A stretch of DNA of 42,143 nucleotides, taken from NCBI GenBank assembly GCA_001179505.1, contig CDMY01000615.1:1-42143 (forward strand). Direction: 5' to 3'. A model generated the notes under the pieces. The model was not told the origin of the DNA, did not search any database, and worked only from the letters and a program-made list of their open reading frames with translations. The position numbers and the translations under genes are program-made. Positions 1 to 12,547 of this stretch are shown piece by piece. The stretch is from Vitrella brassicaformis CCMP3155 (Eukaryota; Protista; Chromerida). Position 1 is the stretch's first letter; each line of letters begins with the position of its first letter.

Positions 1-155
1 GCATCGGTCGTATGAAACAAACAAAAGGGAACAATACATGTAAAGAACTATGGACAAACGCTCGTTGACTGCGAAAACATGTCGCACACTGCAAACAAGC
101 GCGAGGCATGCAACACGACATACAATATCACGAAATCCAGGTCCAGCCAGCCACC

Positions 156-623
156 TCACAGCCCCGGAGCGGGGCTGGTGTGGGGCATAGAAGGCCCGCG
201 GCTGACGAAGTCCTCAGGAAACGCGCTGGCCCTCCGTGGCCCTCTGGCGGCCGCCGCGCGCTGTACACGACTCGCCACTTGAAACGCGTTGTGCTTCATC
301 AGCTCGACGGAAAGAAGCTGGCTCCAATGGTTGACGATGCTCTCTCTAAAAGCTGTGTCCTCCTCCGTGGGAATGGATGTGGGGCGAGGCTTTCGCTTGG
401 CGAGCATCTTGAGAAAGTCCATGGTCTTCTCTCCCCATCGGCCGAATGTCTCCGCAGCGAGAGGCACAAAGCGGAAGCCGGCTGCTTGGGCGGTTGGTCC
501 ATACTTGTCGATCTTGTCTTTCTCCGCAAGCTGAGCCGCCTTGCCACCAGGAAGCTCTGCGCCACGCCGGTTGACTGTTCGGTGGAAGGGAATGGGGGAG
601 TTGTCAGGGCGGCAGGGGTGCAC
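156..623 (-). mobile_element. 3' remnant of a CRE-clade (restriction-like endonuclease) non-LTR retrotransposon ORF
   Basis: Translation ..KAAQLAEKDKIDKY..FRFVPLAAETFGRWGEKTMDFLKMLAKR..WSQLLSVELMKHNA matches the C-terminal RLE pattern (EK.K..KY / F.PL..ET.G.WG / LS..L.+.NA). It is 5'-truncated where it meets a dispersed repeat at about 622. Confidence 0.8.
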
Positions 624-858
624 TTTACAATCCGCCTTCTCCCAAGGCCTGAGGGGGCGTTTTTCTCAAACAAAGAGAAGCTATGAACTAGCTCTTCCCT
701 GCTTTGTGCTCATCCGTAAGTGCAAGGACATCGTCGATTGTGCGCATGCTGTTTGCAGACCTGTAGTTGGATAGCCTATGTGTATGTAGTGAATGATCCT
801 CTCCGCACGCCTGTGCATACTTGCAGTTGTTCCTTCTCTGCATACGTCTGCGCACACC
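622..858 (-). repeat. Dispersed repeat, diverged inverted copy of 8792-9018
   Basis: The reverse complement shares blocks with 8792-9018 such as ggtctgcaaac, tgcgcacaatcgacga, gagctagttcata and gggagaaggcg. Confidence 0.85.
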
Positions 859-984
859 TATTGCCAGAGAGCAAGACGAACCACTTCCGAGATGAGCTGA
901 GATGCGAGCTAGGCCGGGCCACGGGTTTGAGCTAGCACGTGGGTGAGAGGTGTATGAGTGTGTATGTATGCATGATGTTACTGC

Positions 985-1284
985 TGTCAGAATAGGTGGG
1001 AGAGAGACGGGGAGAATGGTGAAGAGAGGATCTGCCGGGCGGTCAGTCCTGGATAAAGGATTAAGTCAATGCAACGTAATGTCTGTGGATTTTGTGGAAA
1101 GTCCATGCATGTCATGTAGTATGCGTCAGTCCATCCTGTCTGACGTCCTGTCCGCCATGGCCTGTCTCATGGAACGGACAACAACGAAAGACTCACAACA
1201 GCCGTCCTGTCTCACAGATCAGTAGATCGTCGGTCTACGGTGAACCCTAGACCCTAAACCCTGGACCGACTTGGACTTCTGACA
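985..1284 (-). mobile_element. 300-bp LTR, probably the 3' LTR of the copia element
   Basis: Perfect 8-bp terminal inverted repeat TGTCAGAA(985-992)...TTCTGACA(1277-1284), directly adjacent to a polypurine tract on the minus strand. No second copy is seen in the window. Confidence 0.8.
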
Positions 1285-1296
1285 CCCCCACTCAAG
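1285..1296 (-). other. Polypurine tract (PPT) of the LTR retrotransposon
   Basis: The minus strand reads cttgagtggggg followed immediately by TGTCAG, the typical copia PPT/LTR junction. Confidence 0.75.
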
Positions 1297-2264
1297 TCGG
1301 TACAGAGTTAGGACATGAATCTCCGTAAAACTATAAAACTATTCCGAGTAAGGGGCACCCACTGCCTGAGCACCCCGAGCCGCGAATTGGGCGGGGGTCG
1401 AAAAAAGCGTGCGAAGTGGTGGTTCAATTATGCGTCACAGAGACGTGCACAGCACGAGTGTTGGCGAGAAGCGCACCGACGCATGCAACAATGGCGAGAG
1501 TCTCAAAAACATGCAGACAACAATGGCGGGAGCTTGAAAAACATGCAGATCTCGAAGACAGATGTGGCGATAGCATGCAGGTACTCAGAGGGCTGCACCA
1601 AGAACACAAGACACCCAAACTGGCGCGTTTCGTGTGTTAACAGTCAGTTGATGCATCTTTTAAGAAGTTCGTGCCCAGAGATACCCTTGTTCGTTGACTT
1701 TCTCCGCGAAGCAGGCACGATCTTTGTCAAGCAGCAGCGGTTTCAGGCAGCACCCTAGACGGCCTGACGGCCAAGCTTCTTTCAATAACTTGCCGCTTTC
1801 GGGTACATCAGTTGACTGATCCAAACGTGACAAGAGAAACACGAAGCTTCTCGACATATTGACGTGTCTGTAGCAGTGCAAGCAAGACAACACCACTATC
1901 GATTTTCCTTTTCTCTTCCTTACGATCGTGATCGAACGTTTTGTCTGCCCGGACGCGTTGTTTCTTAAAGACGCAAATGGGCACTAGCCCAATTCGCGCA
2001 ATTGGGCACTAGCCCAATTCGCGGATCACTGAACAAACTCCGCGCGTGAGGTCTTCGCCACCTTGAGATCTGCACATAGGAGCCCTTCGCAAGAAGAAAG
2101 ATCAGAAAGAAACGCGTCCAAGGCCATCAGAGGGGCGCAAGGACAAGAGAAGCATAGTGAAGCCGCAGATCCAGATAGCGGACATCACCATCGGAGAGAA
2201 GCGAAGGAGTGCTCCAGTGCAACCTCAAGCAAGTGGCTAAAACCACACAAGCGAGATAAACACT

Positions 2265-5200
2265 TCATGACAAGTTCTGCCTGCCTGTTATCCTCTGACT
2301 CAGGTACTCGTGTGCCTCTCTGCCCAGCCCCTTAGTCAGTATGTCAGCGACATTCTCTGATGACGGTACGTAGCGCACAGACACAACGCCTGACTGAACC
2401 AGATCACGCAGATAGTGGTAGCGCACATCGATGTGTTTTGTTCTCTGGCTGACTATCGGGTTGTGTGAGCTCAGAATGGCACCTCCACTGTCAGCATGCA
2501 AGACTGCACTGCCAAATCGAATACCGAACAGCCTCACTTCCTTCAAAAAATCAGCCAGGTAGACGAGGGCAGTGGCACACTCACACATCTGCACATATTC
2601 TGCCTCGACAGAAGATAGAGTGACGATCGGCTGTGTTTTGGCACTCCACAAGACAGGGCCTCCACACAGGAAGACGACATGACCCCCACTGGACTTCCTA
2701 TCCTCGCTATCTGCCCATGATGAATCAGAAAACGCGCACAGATCCAACACACTGCCTGACTGACAGCCATTGAACTCTATCCCTTTCTCCTTTGTAGCGC
2801 TCAGGTATCGCAATACACGCTTGGCTGCTGTCCAGTGGCTCGCTCCTGGGTTGTGGGCGTGCTTGGCCAGCTCCTTGACGGCGAATGCGATGTCAGGTCG
2901 GCATGTGACAGAGCAGAACATGAGAGATCCCACAAGCTGTCTATAGGGGATCTTGCTCATCTTCTTCTTCTCGTCCTCGGTTTGTGGCGCCATATCGCTG
3001 GTCAGTCGCACACCAGACGCACACGGGAATGGTGTTGGGTTGGCTTGGTCCATGTGGTACTTGCTGATCATCTTGTCGATGTATTGTGGCTGTGTGATAG
3101 TCAGGTGTCGTCGTGATCGGTCTCGAGTAATCTTGAGTGCCAGAAATACATCAGCCTCGCCCAAATCCTTCGTCGCGAAGACTGTCGACAGCTGCGACTT
3201 GAACCAGGTAACCCCCTCTTCGCGGCTGGCGATGAGGATATCGTCGACGAAGACACACAAGATGATTCCCTTGTTGTCGTGTAGGTACACACAGGGCTCC
3301 TTGGGATGGCGGCGGAAGCCGAGATGAAGTAGTTGGTTGTGGAGGGTGATGTTCCACGCACGCGGGGCCTCTTTGAGTCCATAAAGGGCCTTGCGGAGGC
3401 GGACAACATATCCCGGGCGCTCATAGCCAGGTGGGCACTCCATGAACACTGGCTTGTCGAGCGGCGCGTTGAGAAATGCTGTGTTGACGTCCATCTGATG
3501 AATCTCCAGGTCGAGTTGGTTGGCGATGGCCAGGACTGCTCGCACAACGTGGTAAGAAGGCGTCGGGGCGAACACATTCTCCACTTGGCTCTTGTCCTGT
3601 TCGAATCCGCGGGCGACGATGCGGGCCTTGTACTTATCAGGCTTGAGGGCGTATACCCATCGACAGGATATCGGCCGACTGGTCGCCTGAGAGCGGGGCA
3701 CGTACTCGAACACACCCAGGTCAGTGACGGATTGCATCTCCCGATCCATCGCATCTTGCCAGTGACAGGCGTCGAATGCGCTCATTGCTTGCTGGTAGGT
3801 CTTGGGCACCTTGGATGCGAAGAGCTGTGGCATTGGTAGTGGTTGACGGGTCCCTTGTGGCGATGGTGGCCTCGCTAGCGCTGCCGGTACGTCGGTGTCG
3901 GCGATGAGGCTCGGCATCGCGTCGTCCACATCGTCAGCAATACAAAGGCGCTCGATGACGGCAAAGATGTTGTCCTCGTACAGCCACCGAGGGATCAGGC
4001 GGTCTCGACCTGATCTTCGGTGTTCGGCGTTGTCGTCATCTGCCCCCTCTTGCCCTCGAATGACTCGGTAGTTGTCAGCGGCATCTCCATCGGTATCAGC
4101 GGCGGCTTCTTCATCTTGGGCATCTTGAGCGGCCGGCGATACTGCTGGTGCTGCTGGCGGTCCTTCGAGCAGTGCAGAGCTGTCAGGCTCAGTGTCTTGA
4201 TTGTGTTGGTCGACACGCTCATCTTCTTGATGCTCACAATGTCGGTCATCTTCGGGTTGCTGGTCGATCTGTTCGTCAGGTAGGACGGGCGTCTGGGGGT
4301 ATACCAAATCAATCCCTAGTGGTTGTCTTGGCTGCTTTTCCTTCGCAGGAAACACGTGCTCGTCCACCTCGACGTCTCGTGAGATGACGAATTGACGATC
4401 ATCAGGTAACCACACCACATAGCCATCCTTCGTGTTAGGGTCGAAGCCGACGAGGATGCCCAGCTTTGCCCGTGGCTCCAGCTTGCCCCTCTGGTCCTTT
4501 CGCTGATGCACATACGCTCTCGCGCCGAATGTGCGGATATGCTTGATGCATGGCGGGTAACCCCAGAAAAGCTCAAATGGCGTCTTCTCTGATGGATTGG
4601 TCTTGGTTGGCATTCGATTCTTGATGTAGGTGGCGGTCTTGGCAGCAAAACACCAATACGATGGCGGAAGGCCGGATTGGAAGAGTGCTGCACGGGTCAG
4701 CTGACACACCACACCAATCGTTCGTTCTGCCACGCCGTTTTGTGACTGATGATGCGGTAGGCTTTGTTCCTGGCGTATCTGGTGCTGCTCGCAGAATGCG
4801 TTCCATGTGCCGCCGATGAGTTCGGCTCCTCCATCGGTCCTCACTGCTTTGGGCATGCGGATGGCCGTGCAGTAGTGCATAAAAGCCTTCGGTGCGACGG
4901 ACTTCTGCTTGAGAAAGTAGGCCTGCACATAGCGGCTGTGGTCGTCCACCATGACCATCAGGTACTTGAATCCTCTCTCGCTGAGTTGCTTGATCTGTGC
5001 CAGGTCGACGTGCACGAGATCACCAGGCGACGAATGACGGAATGCATTGCCCAGGTACGGACGAATCTTCATCTTCGCTTGGACACACACCTCGCACTTG
5101 TGCTGTTCTTCCTCATTCTTCTTGACTTTCTTGACGACAGGTGCATTGCGGCAGACCTCAGGAAGTCGGTCGACGGCTGCGTCGTGGTAGTGGAGGAAGC

Positions 5201-7755
5201 GCTGNNNNNNNNNNNNNNNNNNNNNNNNNNNNNNNNNNNNNNNNNNNNNNNNNNNNNNNNNNNNNNNNNNNNNNNNNNNNNNNNNNNNNNNNNNNNNNNN
5301 NNNNNNNNNNNNNNNNNNNNNNNNNNNNNNNNNNNNNNNNNNNNNNNNNNNNNNNNNNNNNNNNNNNNNNNNNNNNNNNNNNNNNNNNNNNNNNNNNNNN
5401 NNNNNNNNNNNNNNNNNNNNNNNNNNNNNNNNNNNNNNNNNNNNNNNNNNNNNNNNNNNNNNNNNNNNNNNNNNNNNNNNNNNNNNNNNNNNNNNNNNNN
5501 NNNNTGTAGGTGGCGGTCTTGGCAGCAAAACACCAATACGATGGCGGAAGGCCGGATTGGAAGAGTGCTGCACGAGTCAGCTGACACACCACACCAATCG
5601 TTCGTTCTGCCACGCCGTTTTGTGACTGATGATGCGGTAGGCTTTCTTCCTGGCGTATCTGGTGCTGCTCGCAGAATGCCTTCCATGTGCCGCCGATGAG
5701 TTCGGCTCCTCCATCGGTCCTCACTGCTTTGGGCATGCGGATGGCCGTGCAGTAGTGCATAAAAGCCTTCGGTGCGACGGACTTCTGCTTAAGAAAGTAA
5801 GCCTGCACATAGCGGCTGTGGTCGTCCACCATGACCATCAGGTACTTGAATCCTCTCTCGCTGAGTTGCTTGATCTGTGCCAGGTCGACGTGCACGAGAT
5901 CACCAGGCGACGAATGACGGAATGCATTGCCCAAGTACGGACGAATCTTCATCTTCGCTTGGACACACACCTCGCACTTGTGCTGTTCTTCCTCATTCTT
6001 CTTGACTTTCTTGACGACAGGTGCATTGCGGCAGACCTCAGGAAGTCGGTCGACGGCTGCGTCGTGGTAGTGGAGGAAGCGCTGATGGGCAAGTTCCTCA
6101 CTGATGACCTCGGTCACCATTGCTTCTGCTTGCTCGCCACACTCATCAGCAGGTGAAGAGGGAATCGTGTCATCACCACCACGCGAGTCGATGATTCTCC
6201 CTGTTGCCGTGGTTGTCGTGTGCTCTGTCGCCGGTAGGGCACGTGGCTGTGAGTAGATGGGGCAGTCGTTGGCATCCCTGTAGATGTCCAGGTACCAGAA
6301 ACGACCACGTCGCACAAGTGGGTAGCGGTCTCCTCTCCTTCTTGCGGTCATGTGGGCTCCGCCGGGGCCAATAAGAAACTCGATGCAGTATTGATCCACC
6401 AGGTGAGCGACGGAGAGGAGGTTGAACTTCAGATCAGGCACATACAGCACACCATCCACACACACGGTCTTCTTGCCGTTGTTGACCTCTTTGCAGGTGT
6501 ACTTGATGCGGCCGACTCCTCTGGCCGGTACGGACGTGCCATCGGCCATGACGATCTTGATGTGTCGGTCAAGTGGCTTGATTTCGTCGAAGAGAAACTG
6601 CTGGTGGCAGCATGTCTTGCCGGCACCTGAGTCGATCATCATAGAGGTAGGTCTCACAGACACACCACTGACGTTGACCACCTCTTCCTCGCACTCAACG
6701 TCCGTGACGGTTCCCACCATTTCCAGGTCGATTTCTCTTTGCTCGTAGGTGTCGTCGATCTGCTCACACCCGTCGAGTTGATTCGTGTGAATGCGCCGAT
6801 TACGGTTGCCCGTGCCGTTCGTGCGCGTGGCATTCATGATGACATCTCCGTCCTTGTCGTGACGAACGAGAGGCTGCTGCTGGCGTCCACCGCTGCCTCC
6901 TTGATGTCCCCCATTGCCACTCGGGTAGGCGCGGAAAGGCGCCCCTGATGAGTTCCACTGATTGCCGTTCCTTCTGTTGTTGTGGTTGTTGTTGTGGTTG
7001 TTCCTGTTGCCTCCCTGATATGTGTCAGGTCGATTGCCATTGTGTGGCTGACCATGTTGGCGTCCGTTCTGGTTGCCCTTCTGTCGAAAGCGGTCACGCT
7101 GCTGGCTCATCCTTCTCGCATGCTGCATGCGGTCGTTGGCATTGCGGAGGGCTTCCTCGAATTGCTCCCATGTGAGGTCGTTGAAGCGGTAGTCCAACGA
7201 GCTCTTGAAGCGCTCAAATCGAGGAGGTAGGGCATTCACCATGACGGCTATCTTGGTGTTGTCGGTTGGTTTCTCTCCCATGTCGCTCAATTGCTTCGCC
7301 AGGAAGTTGAAGTCGGTGAGAGCGTCGTCGATGTCATCCTTCTCCATCTGGTACTGGAAGAAGTTGCGGAGGACCTCGTGCCGACAGACGACTCGCTCAG
7401 GTACGCACCGCTTGCGCAACTCCCAATAGGCACGTGCACCATTCTCGCCATACTTGTCGAATGACTCCTGGATGATCCGTTTCGCCTTGCCTTCCGTGTG
7501 CAGGACGAGGAAGCCGAAGAGCTGTCGTAGCACACTCCTCTCCTTCGTTCGCTGCTCGTCAAGGTCTTCATCGGCATTCGGTACAGGTAACCTAGGAATG
7601 TCTTCTTCCTTCTCAGGCATCAGACGCTCTGTGGGCATCTCCTTGGCCAGGAGGAAGGCTCTGAGGGTAAACTCCCACTCACGCCAGTCGTCCTTGTCTC
7701 CATTGAAGGTACGGATGACGGTCTTGGGGTCGAATGCAAAGATGGGCTGCGCCAT
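2265..7755 (-). mobile_element. Ty1/copia gag-pol polyprotein, single ORF of about 1536 aa once the overlap gap is collapsed
   Basis: Domain order is Gag (FNGDKDDWREW, NALPPRFE), protease (IDSGA, LYVPDLKFNLLSV), integrase (HQRFLH..CEVC, VHVDL, VDDHSR, RTDGGAE, NGVAER), RT (YKARIVARGF, QMDVNTAFLN, ALYGLK, FVDD), RNase H (FSDSSWA, SSVEAEY, RTKHIDVRYH, NVADILTK). Integrase before RT defines copia. 5491 bp minus 580 duplicated minus 300 N = 4611 bp. Confidence 0.95.
4625..6084. other. Assembly overlap: 580 bp duplicated on both sides of a 300-N gap
   Basis: 4625-5204 is nearly identical to 5505-6084 (a handful of substitutions), flanking Ns at 5205-5504. Removing one copy and the gap restores one continuous ORF. 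Confidence 0.85.
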
Positions 7756-8435
7756 TGCTGCTGCTCTTCTTGCTGCTCAGGTCGACCGGTCAGGATCGTC
7801 ACTGGCTGCTGCTGAAGAGGCACTTGACGCTGAGGATGTCTTGCGGGGTCGATACCACCGAGAGAATGCGGACTGATAGACCGGTTAGGATCTATCAGCT
7901 GCCGACACCTCAGCAGGTAAGCTCTTCACCATCCTTCAGTTTCTCCATCATTCCCATTCCTTTCGGGCCCCTTGAACGTATGGACAGGCTGTCGGCCTCT
8001 TCAGCTATGGCTAATTGCTACAGAGGTCTTCGTCTTCGTTCCGCATCTCTTGTACTGCATCGGGGTTCTCGGCTCGCCGTTTTGGACCTCCGGCAAATTG
8101 ACACGCATCTTGTTCCTTTTCCTCTTCCCTGTCTGGAGTGTATTTGGCACCGAGGTACTTATAAAGGCTGTTGATACGTCCGGCTGCGTAAGGAAGAGGG
8201 GTTATACTAAGCATACATCTTCCTCTACCCGACTTCTCTTTCTATGTTCAGTCCGATTGTGCCTATCTTTCGTTCACTGTCTCGTTTTGGATGGCATATT
8301 GTTGGACAACATTGGTAATTATCTTAATTCTCAACGTCATGAGCGCTATAATGGAAATGTAAGGAAAGAGAGAAGTGGGGATACAGCTGGATGTTTGAGT
8401 CATGGAGTGGGCAGATATAAAGTATAAAGGGTCGT

Positions 8436-8793
8436 GGCAGGGGTGAAGGCAGTTTATGAGCACGATTTCTATAGTGATGTACCGTCATGTCCGTCAATGT
8501 GGTATTCCTGTATTTTAATACACACAGATACACACACACTTTGTCGCTGTGAATGTTCCGCAGGGTCACTTACCAGGAAGCCTAGTTTAAGCACATACTG
8601 ATCCGCCCCGCCGTAAAGGAACCTAAATGGGTATGTAGTATACGTATTTGCTCCCCTTTTTTTAACGTATTCATTCAGGAGGGTCGATATGTGTCAGTGT
8701 ATATCGGTTGGCTTGAGTTTACGTATATGAGAATGCAAAAATGCAGCGACTTATTAACTTTTTTCTTCCATGCCTAAAGGGTCAGGAGCCTCT
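8436..8793 (+). repeat. Dispersed repeat family A, direct diverged copy at 12548-12890
   Basis: Shared collinear blocks: ggcaggggtgaag, atgtccgtcaatgtggtat, aagcacatactgatc, aaaggaacctaaatgggtatgta, atatgagaatgcaaa, atgcagcgacttatt, ttttcttccatgccta. Confidence 0.85.
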
Positions 8794-9822
8794 GTGCGCA
8801 GGCGTGCGCAGAGAAAGTGCAACTACAGGCATGGGGAGAGAAACATTCATTACATACACGTGTGCTGTCCAACTGCAGGTCTGCAAACGCCGTGCGCACA
8901 ATCGACGACATCCTCGTACTTACGGACAAGCACAAAGGAGGCAAAGAGCTAGTTCATAACGCTTTTTTGTTTGAGAGAAAGACCCTCTCAGACCTAGGGA
9001 GAAGGCGAATTGCAGAGCGCGGAATTCTTCAAAGAAACATCCATAATACACACATCCATCCGTGCCGAACCAACAGCGATGGCTAACGCAGAAAGACAGA
9101 CTCAAAGCTAGACCGAAGGTACCAATAAGGACGCCGCCGAACCCAAACAGGACCTCTGGCCAGACGAACGCGATAAGCCCAGATCTCCTGCCTTTTGGCA
9201 ACGAGGGACCAATGACAGGAGGGGTACAACATAGCTCTACTATCCTTTTCGAGATCTAGGGGTGCAGCGATGAGAGGCGGCATAGCACAAAGTCAGCCTA
9301 ACTTCGAAGGCTGCAAGCCCATAATGCAATGGCACAGAGTGATAGAGTCAGCACGACACAACTCCATTATGCTTTCCGAAATCTTAGGGAAGGGGGAATA
9401 AATGAATGAGCAAGATTTTGTGATGACCACATAGCCCTGTGGCATAGTATTCATAATCAGATGTATTCATGTACATGAAAAAATATGCCATCTTCATCAT
9501 CCCTTGCTCAATACTTCAGCGCATACGTTGTCGTTTTTCAGTACAAACGCTTTCACAGGCCTGCATTGGGACTATTTGTCCAATTTGCTAAGCCCGCAAT
9601 TGTATAGAAAGCAAGAACGCCAGCCGCCTGGAGGCCGAGTTTACGATCAAAGACTCAGACGCAGATGAGTTAGCAAGCTGTCGTGGAGGGCGTCAATAAG
9701 CCAGTAGTCGGATGAGGTGTGTATCATGCATACTTCTCTACATCCCTGCGCACGCACGCCGGTACGTGCAATTTGTTGAGTTGGCGAGCTCTGTGTGCAT
9801 TGTTTTTGTGTGACCGTTGCCC

Positions 9823-10470
9823 AACGCCTGCGATGCTGCCTGGCTTTTTGCTGCTGGCCCTTCCTCTCTGTTCTTCCTATCGCCCCTCGCTGCCTCTGCT
9901 TGCGCAGTTATTTGCTGATGAGCCACTGATGAGAGAGGACGTGCCTGTCGCCGCACAGTAGCGTACGAGTAGAGCAGTGCTGCTGATGCGGAGGGAGATG
10001 TGCCTGCCATCTCCACCCTGGCGCTGGGAGACGATAGCGTGCCCGTCACCAGCAGGGTTTTCCCGGTTGTATATAGCCTGGACTCTGTCTATTCTTTGCC
10101 GTGCTCTTGATGATGTGGACTCTGAAGCGGACCTCTGTGTGATGCTGTTGGCATGAGGGCGAAATTAAGGCGAGATTCGAGGGCTCCGTCTGATCCTTCT
10201 GGCCACGGTGTGTGTTCGGCACACAGCAACTTCAACATGACGGGCGGACCTTCGGCATCTCTATCGCTTTTTCTTGAGGTCGCTTTTCTTTGTTCGGAGT
10301 TTTTGTGGACGACGTCGGACTGACGACGACAACGACGACAGAAGGGGAAATCCTGATGCTCCTGCTGACGCTGTGTCAAGACGTGTGCAAAGTGAAGTAC
10401 AAAAGCTTGCCTTTCTGCTGTGTTTTTGCTACATCTGCGGCTTGCCGTTGATTGTGAACAATTGCTTTTG
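9823..10470 (+). repeat. About 650-bp near-identical direct repeat, second copy at 11822-12481
   Basis: Runs from aacgcctgcgatgctg to aattgcttttg with few substitutions and one 12-bp indel. The copies lie on either side of the gap at 11136-11435. A separate ~50-bp exact repeat occurs at about 9776-9824 and 10628-10677. Confidence 0.9.
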
Positions 10471-11821
10471 CACCACGTGAATGCCTCTGTGTCTTGTGTA
10501 CAGTCTTTATGCCCCGCTATACTTTTCAGGAAGCGTTGTGACTAGTTTGCTCTTCTCTTTCTAATGACTGTCTATTCTATCTCTGCTGATTGTCCACCTC
10601 CAGCTTCGCCGTGGGGTGAGAAGGGGTGTTGAGTTGGCGAGCTCTGTGTGCATTGTTTTTGTGTGACCGTTGCCCAATACAACCGGGCCTGACGTTTTGG
10701 CTGCGTGCTTGTGATCTTGCGTCTCGTGGATCGCGCCTTGCCTTCTCAGTTTGCTTTTTCGGCCCAGTGCTACTGTACAACACTGCCAAGGGCCTGGCTA
10801 TCGTCTCCCACACACCTGAATCGCCCATCTGCCTTCCTGGTATGCATGCGTGCGGACACGGAAAGGGAACGAGGGCACGGAAATGGACGCATATGTGTGT
10901 GTTCGTGTGTGGGTCTGTGCGTCGTCGATGTGCTGTTGTGGTGTGGTATGGCAGGTTGTTTTTCGCACTCTTCTGTCGCCTCGCTGTTGCGTTTGGGTGC
11001 GCTGTACAATACTCTCTGGTTCGCAAGCGCACACACTGACTGGATGGCTGGCTTGTGTGTGTCCATCGTGTTGGTGGTGTTGTGTGGGTTGGTGGCAGGT
11101 TGGTTTTCGCACCCTCTGTCGTGTCGCTTTTCGTTNNNNNNNNNNNNNNNNNNNNNNNNNNNNNNNNNNNNNNNNNNNNNNNNNNNNNNNNNNNNNNNNN
11201 NNNNNNNNNNNNNNNNNNNNNNNNNNNNNNNNNNNNNNNNNNNNNNNNNNNNNNNNNNNNNNNNNNNNNNNNNNNNNNNNNNNNNNNNNNNNNNNNNNNN
11301 NNNNNNNNNNNNNNNNNNNNNNNNNNNNNNNNNNNNNNNNNNNNNNNNNNNNNNNNNNNNNNNNNNNNNNNNNNNNNNNNNNNNNNNNNNNNNNNNNNNN
11401 NNNNNNNNNNNNNNNNNNNNNNNNNNNNNNNNNNNGGGTGCACTTTTGCCATCACTCTCTGGTGCGCATCAAGGCAGACAGACAGACAGACAGACACACA
11501 GGCAGACAGACACACCGACCACACACACACCACACTGTCTGTGTGGCTGCCTGGCTGTGCATGCGATGTCCTCAGACGTGATCTTTGCTTTTGCCGGTCG
11601 TCTGCGAGTTTGGCAGCGGCAGTTCCCTGCCTTGTCAACGCTCACAGCGCCCATTGGTTGAGCTCGCTGCATGACCGGCACTGCCTGAGGACTTTCACGA
11701 CAGACGTTCATTCATTAAATCGCTCTCGAGTCCCCACGCCTGAGTCAACCTGTGTTGATCTAGACCATCCCCTTCGGATGGTCTGAGCAGAGCACAAGAA
11801 AACCAACTACAGCCTCATCAG

Positions 11822-12481
11822 AACGCCTGCGATGCTGCCTGGCTTTTTGCTGCTGGCCCTTCCTCTCTGTTCTTCCTATCGCCCCTCGCTGCCTCTGCTT
11901 GCGCAATTCTTTGCTGATGAGCCACTGATGAGAGAGGACGTGCGTGTCGCCGCACAGTAGCGTACGAGTGGAGCAGTGCTGCTGATGCGGAGGGAGATGT
12001 GCCTGCCATCTCCACCCTGGCGCTGGGAGACGATAGCGTGCCCGTCACCAGCAGGGTTTTCCCGGATGTATATAGCCCGGACTCTGTCTATTCTTTGCCG
12101 TGCTCTTGATGATGTGGACTCTGAAGCGGACCTCTGTGTGATGCTGTTGGCATGAGGGCGAAATTAAGGCGAGATTCGAGGGCTCCGTCTGATCCTTCTG
12201 ACCACGGTGTGTGTTCGGCAGACAGCAACTTCAACATGGGCGCAGCAAGACGGGCGGACCTTCGGCATCTCTATCGCTTTTTCTTGAGGTCGCTTTTCTC
12301 TGTTCGGAATTTTTTTGTGGACGACGTCGAGCTGACGACGACAACGACGACAGAAGGGGAAATCCTGATGCTCCTGCTGACGCTGTGTCAAGACGTGTGC
12401 AAAGTGAAGTACAAAAGCTTGCCTTTCTGCTGTGTTTTTGCTACATCTGCGGCTTGCCGTTGATTGTGAACAATTGCTTTT
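11822..12481 (+). repeat. Second copy of the 9823-10470 repeat
   Basis: Direct alignment by eye. Confidence 0.9.
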
Positions 12482-12547
12482 GCGTACATGCGCAGCTTTG
12501 CGCACACAGACATTCATCCTATGCACACACTCCAAGTCGACACGTGC

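Noticed and set aside
4625-6084. Two tandem copia integrase genes / nested copia
   Set aside because: The exact 580-bp overlap around a fixed 300-N gap is best explained by contig-end overlap. Collapsing it gives one normal ORF.
7842-7980. PBS and 5' LTR candidates (tggtatcgacc on minus; gggccc near 7965; hairpin ctgataga..tctatcag at 7873-7898)
   Set aside because: None is adjacent to a CA-ending LTR, nothing matches 985-1284, and the TSD actgc is not found in the right context.
8299-8312. TGTTG-GA-CAACA mini-LTR-like palindrome
   Set aside because: Too short to distinguish from chance, with no PBS, PPT or TSD.
9915-9945. Hammerhead ribozyme cores (ctgatga at 9916, 11915, 14234 and elsewhere)
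   Set aside because: None is followed by a pairable stem II and GAAA.
9823-12481. Biologically meaningful segmental duplication
   Set aside because: The copies flank an N gap and may be haplotypes or mis-joined contigs. No recognisable product is encoded.
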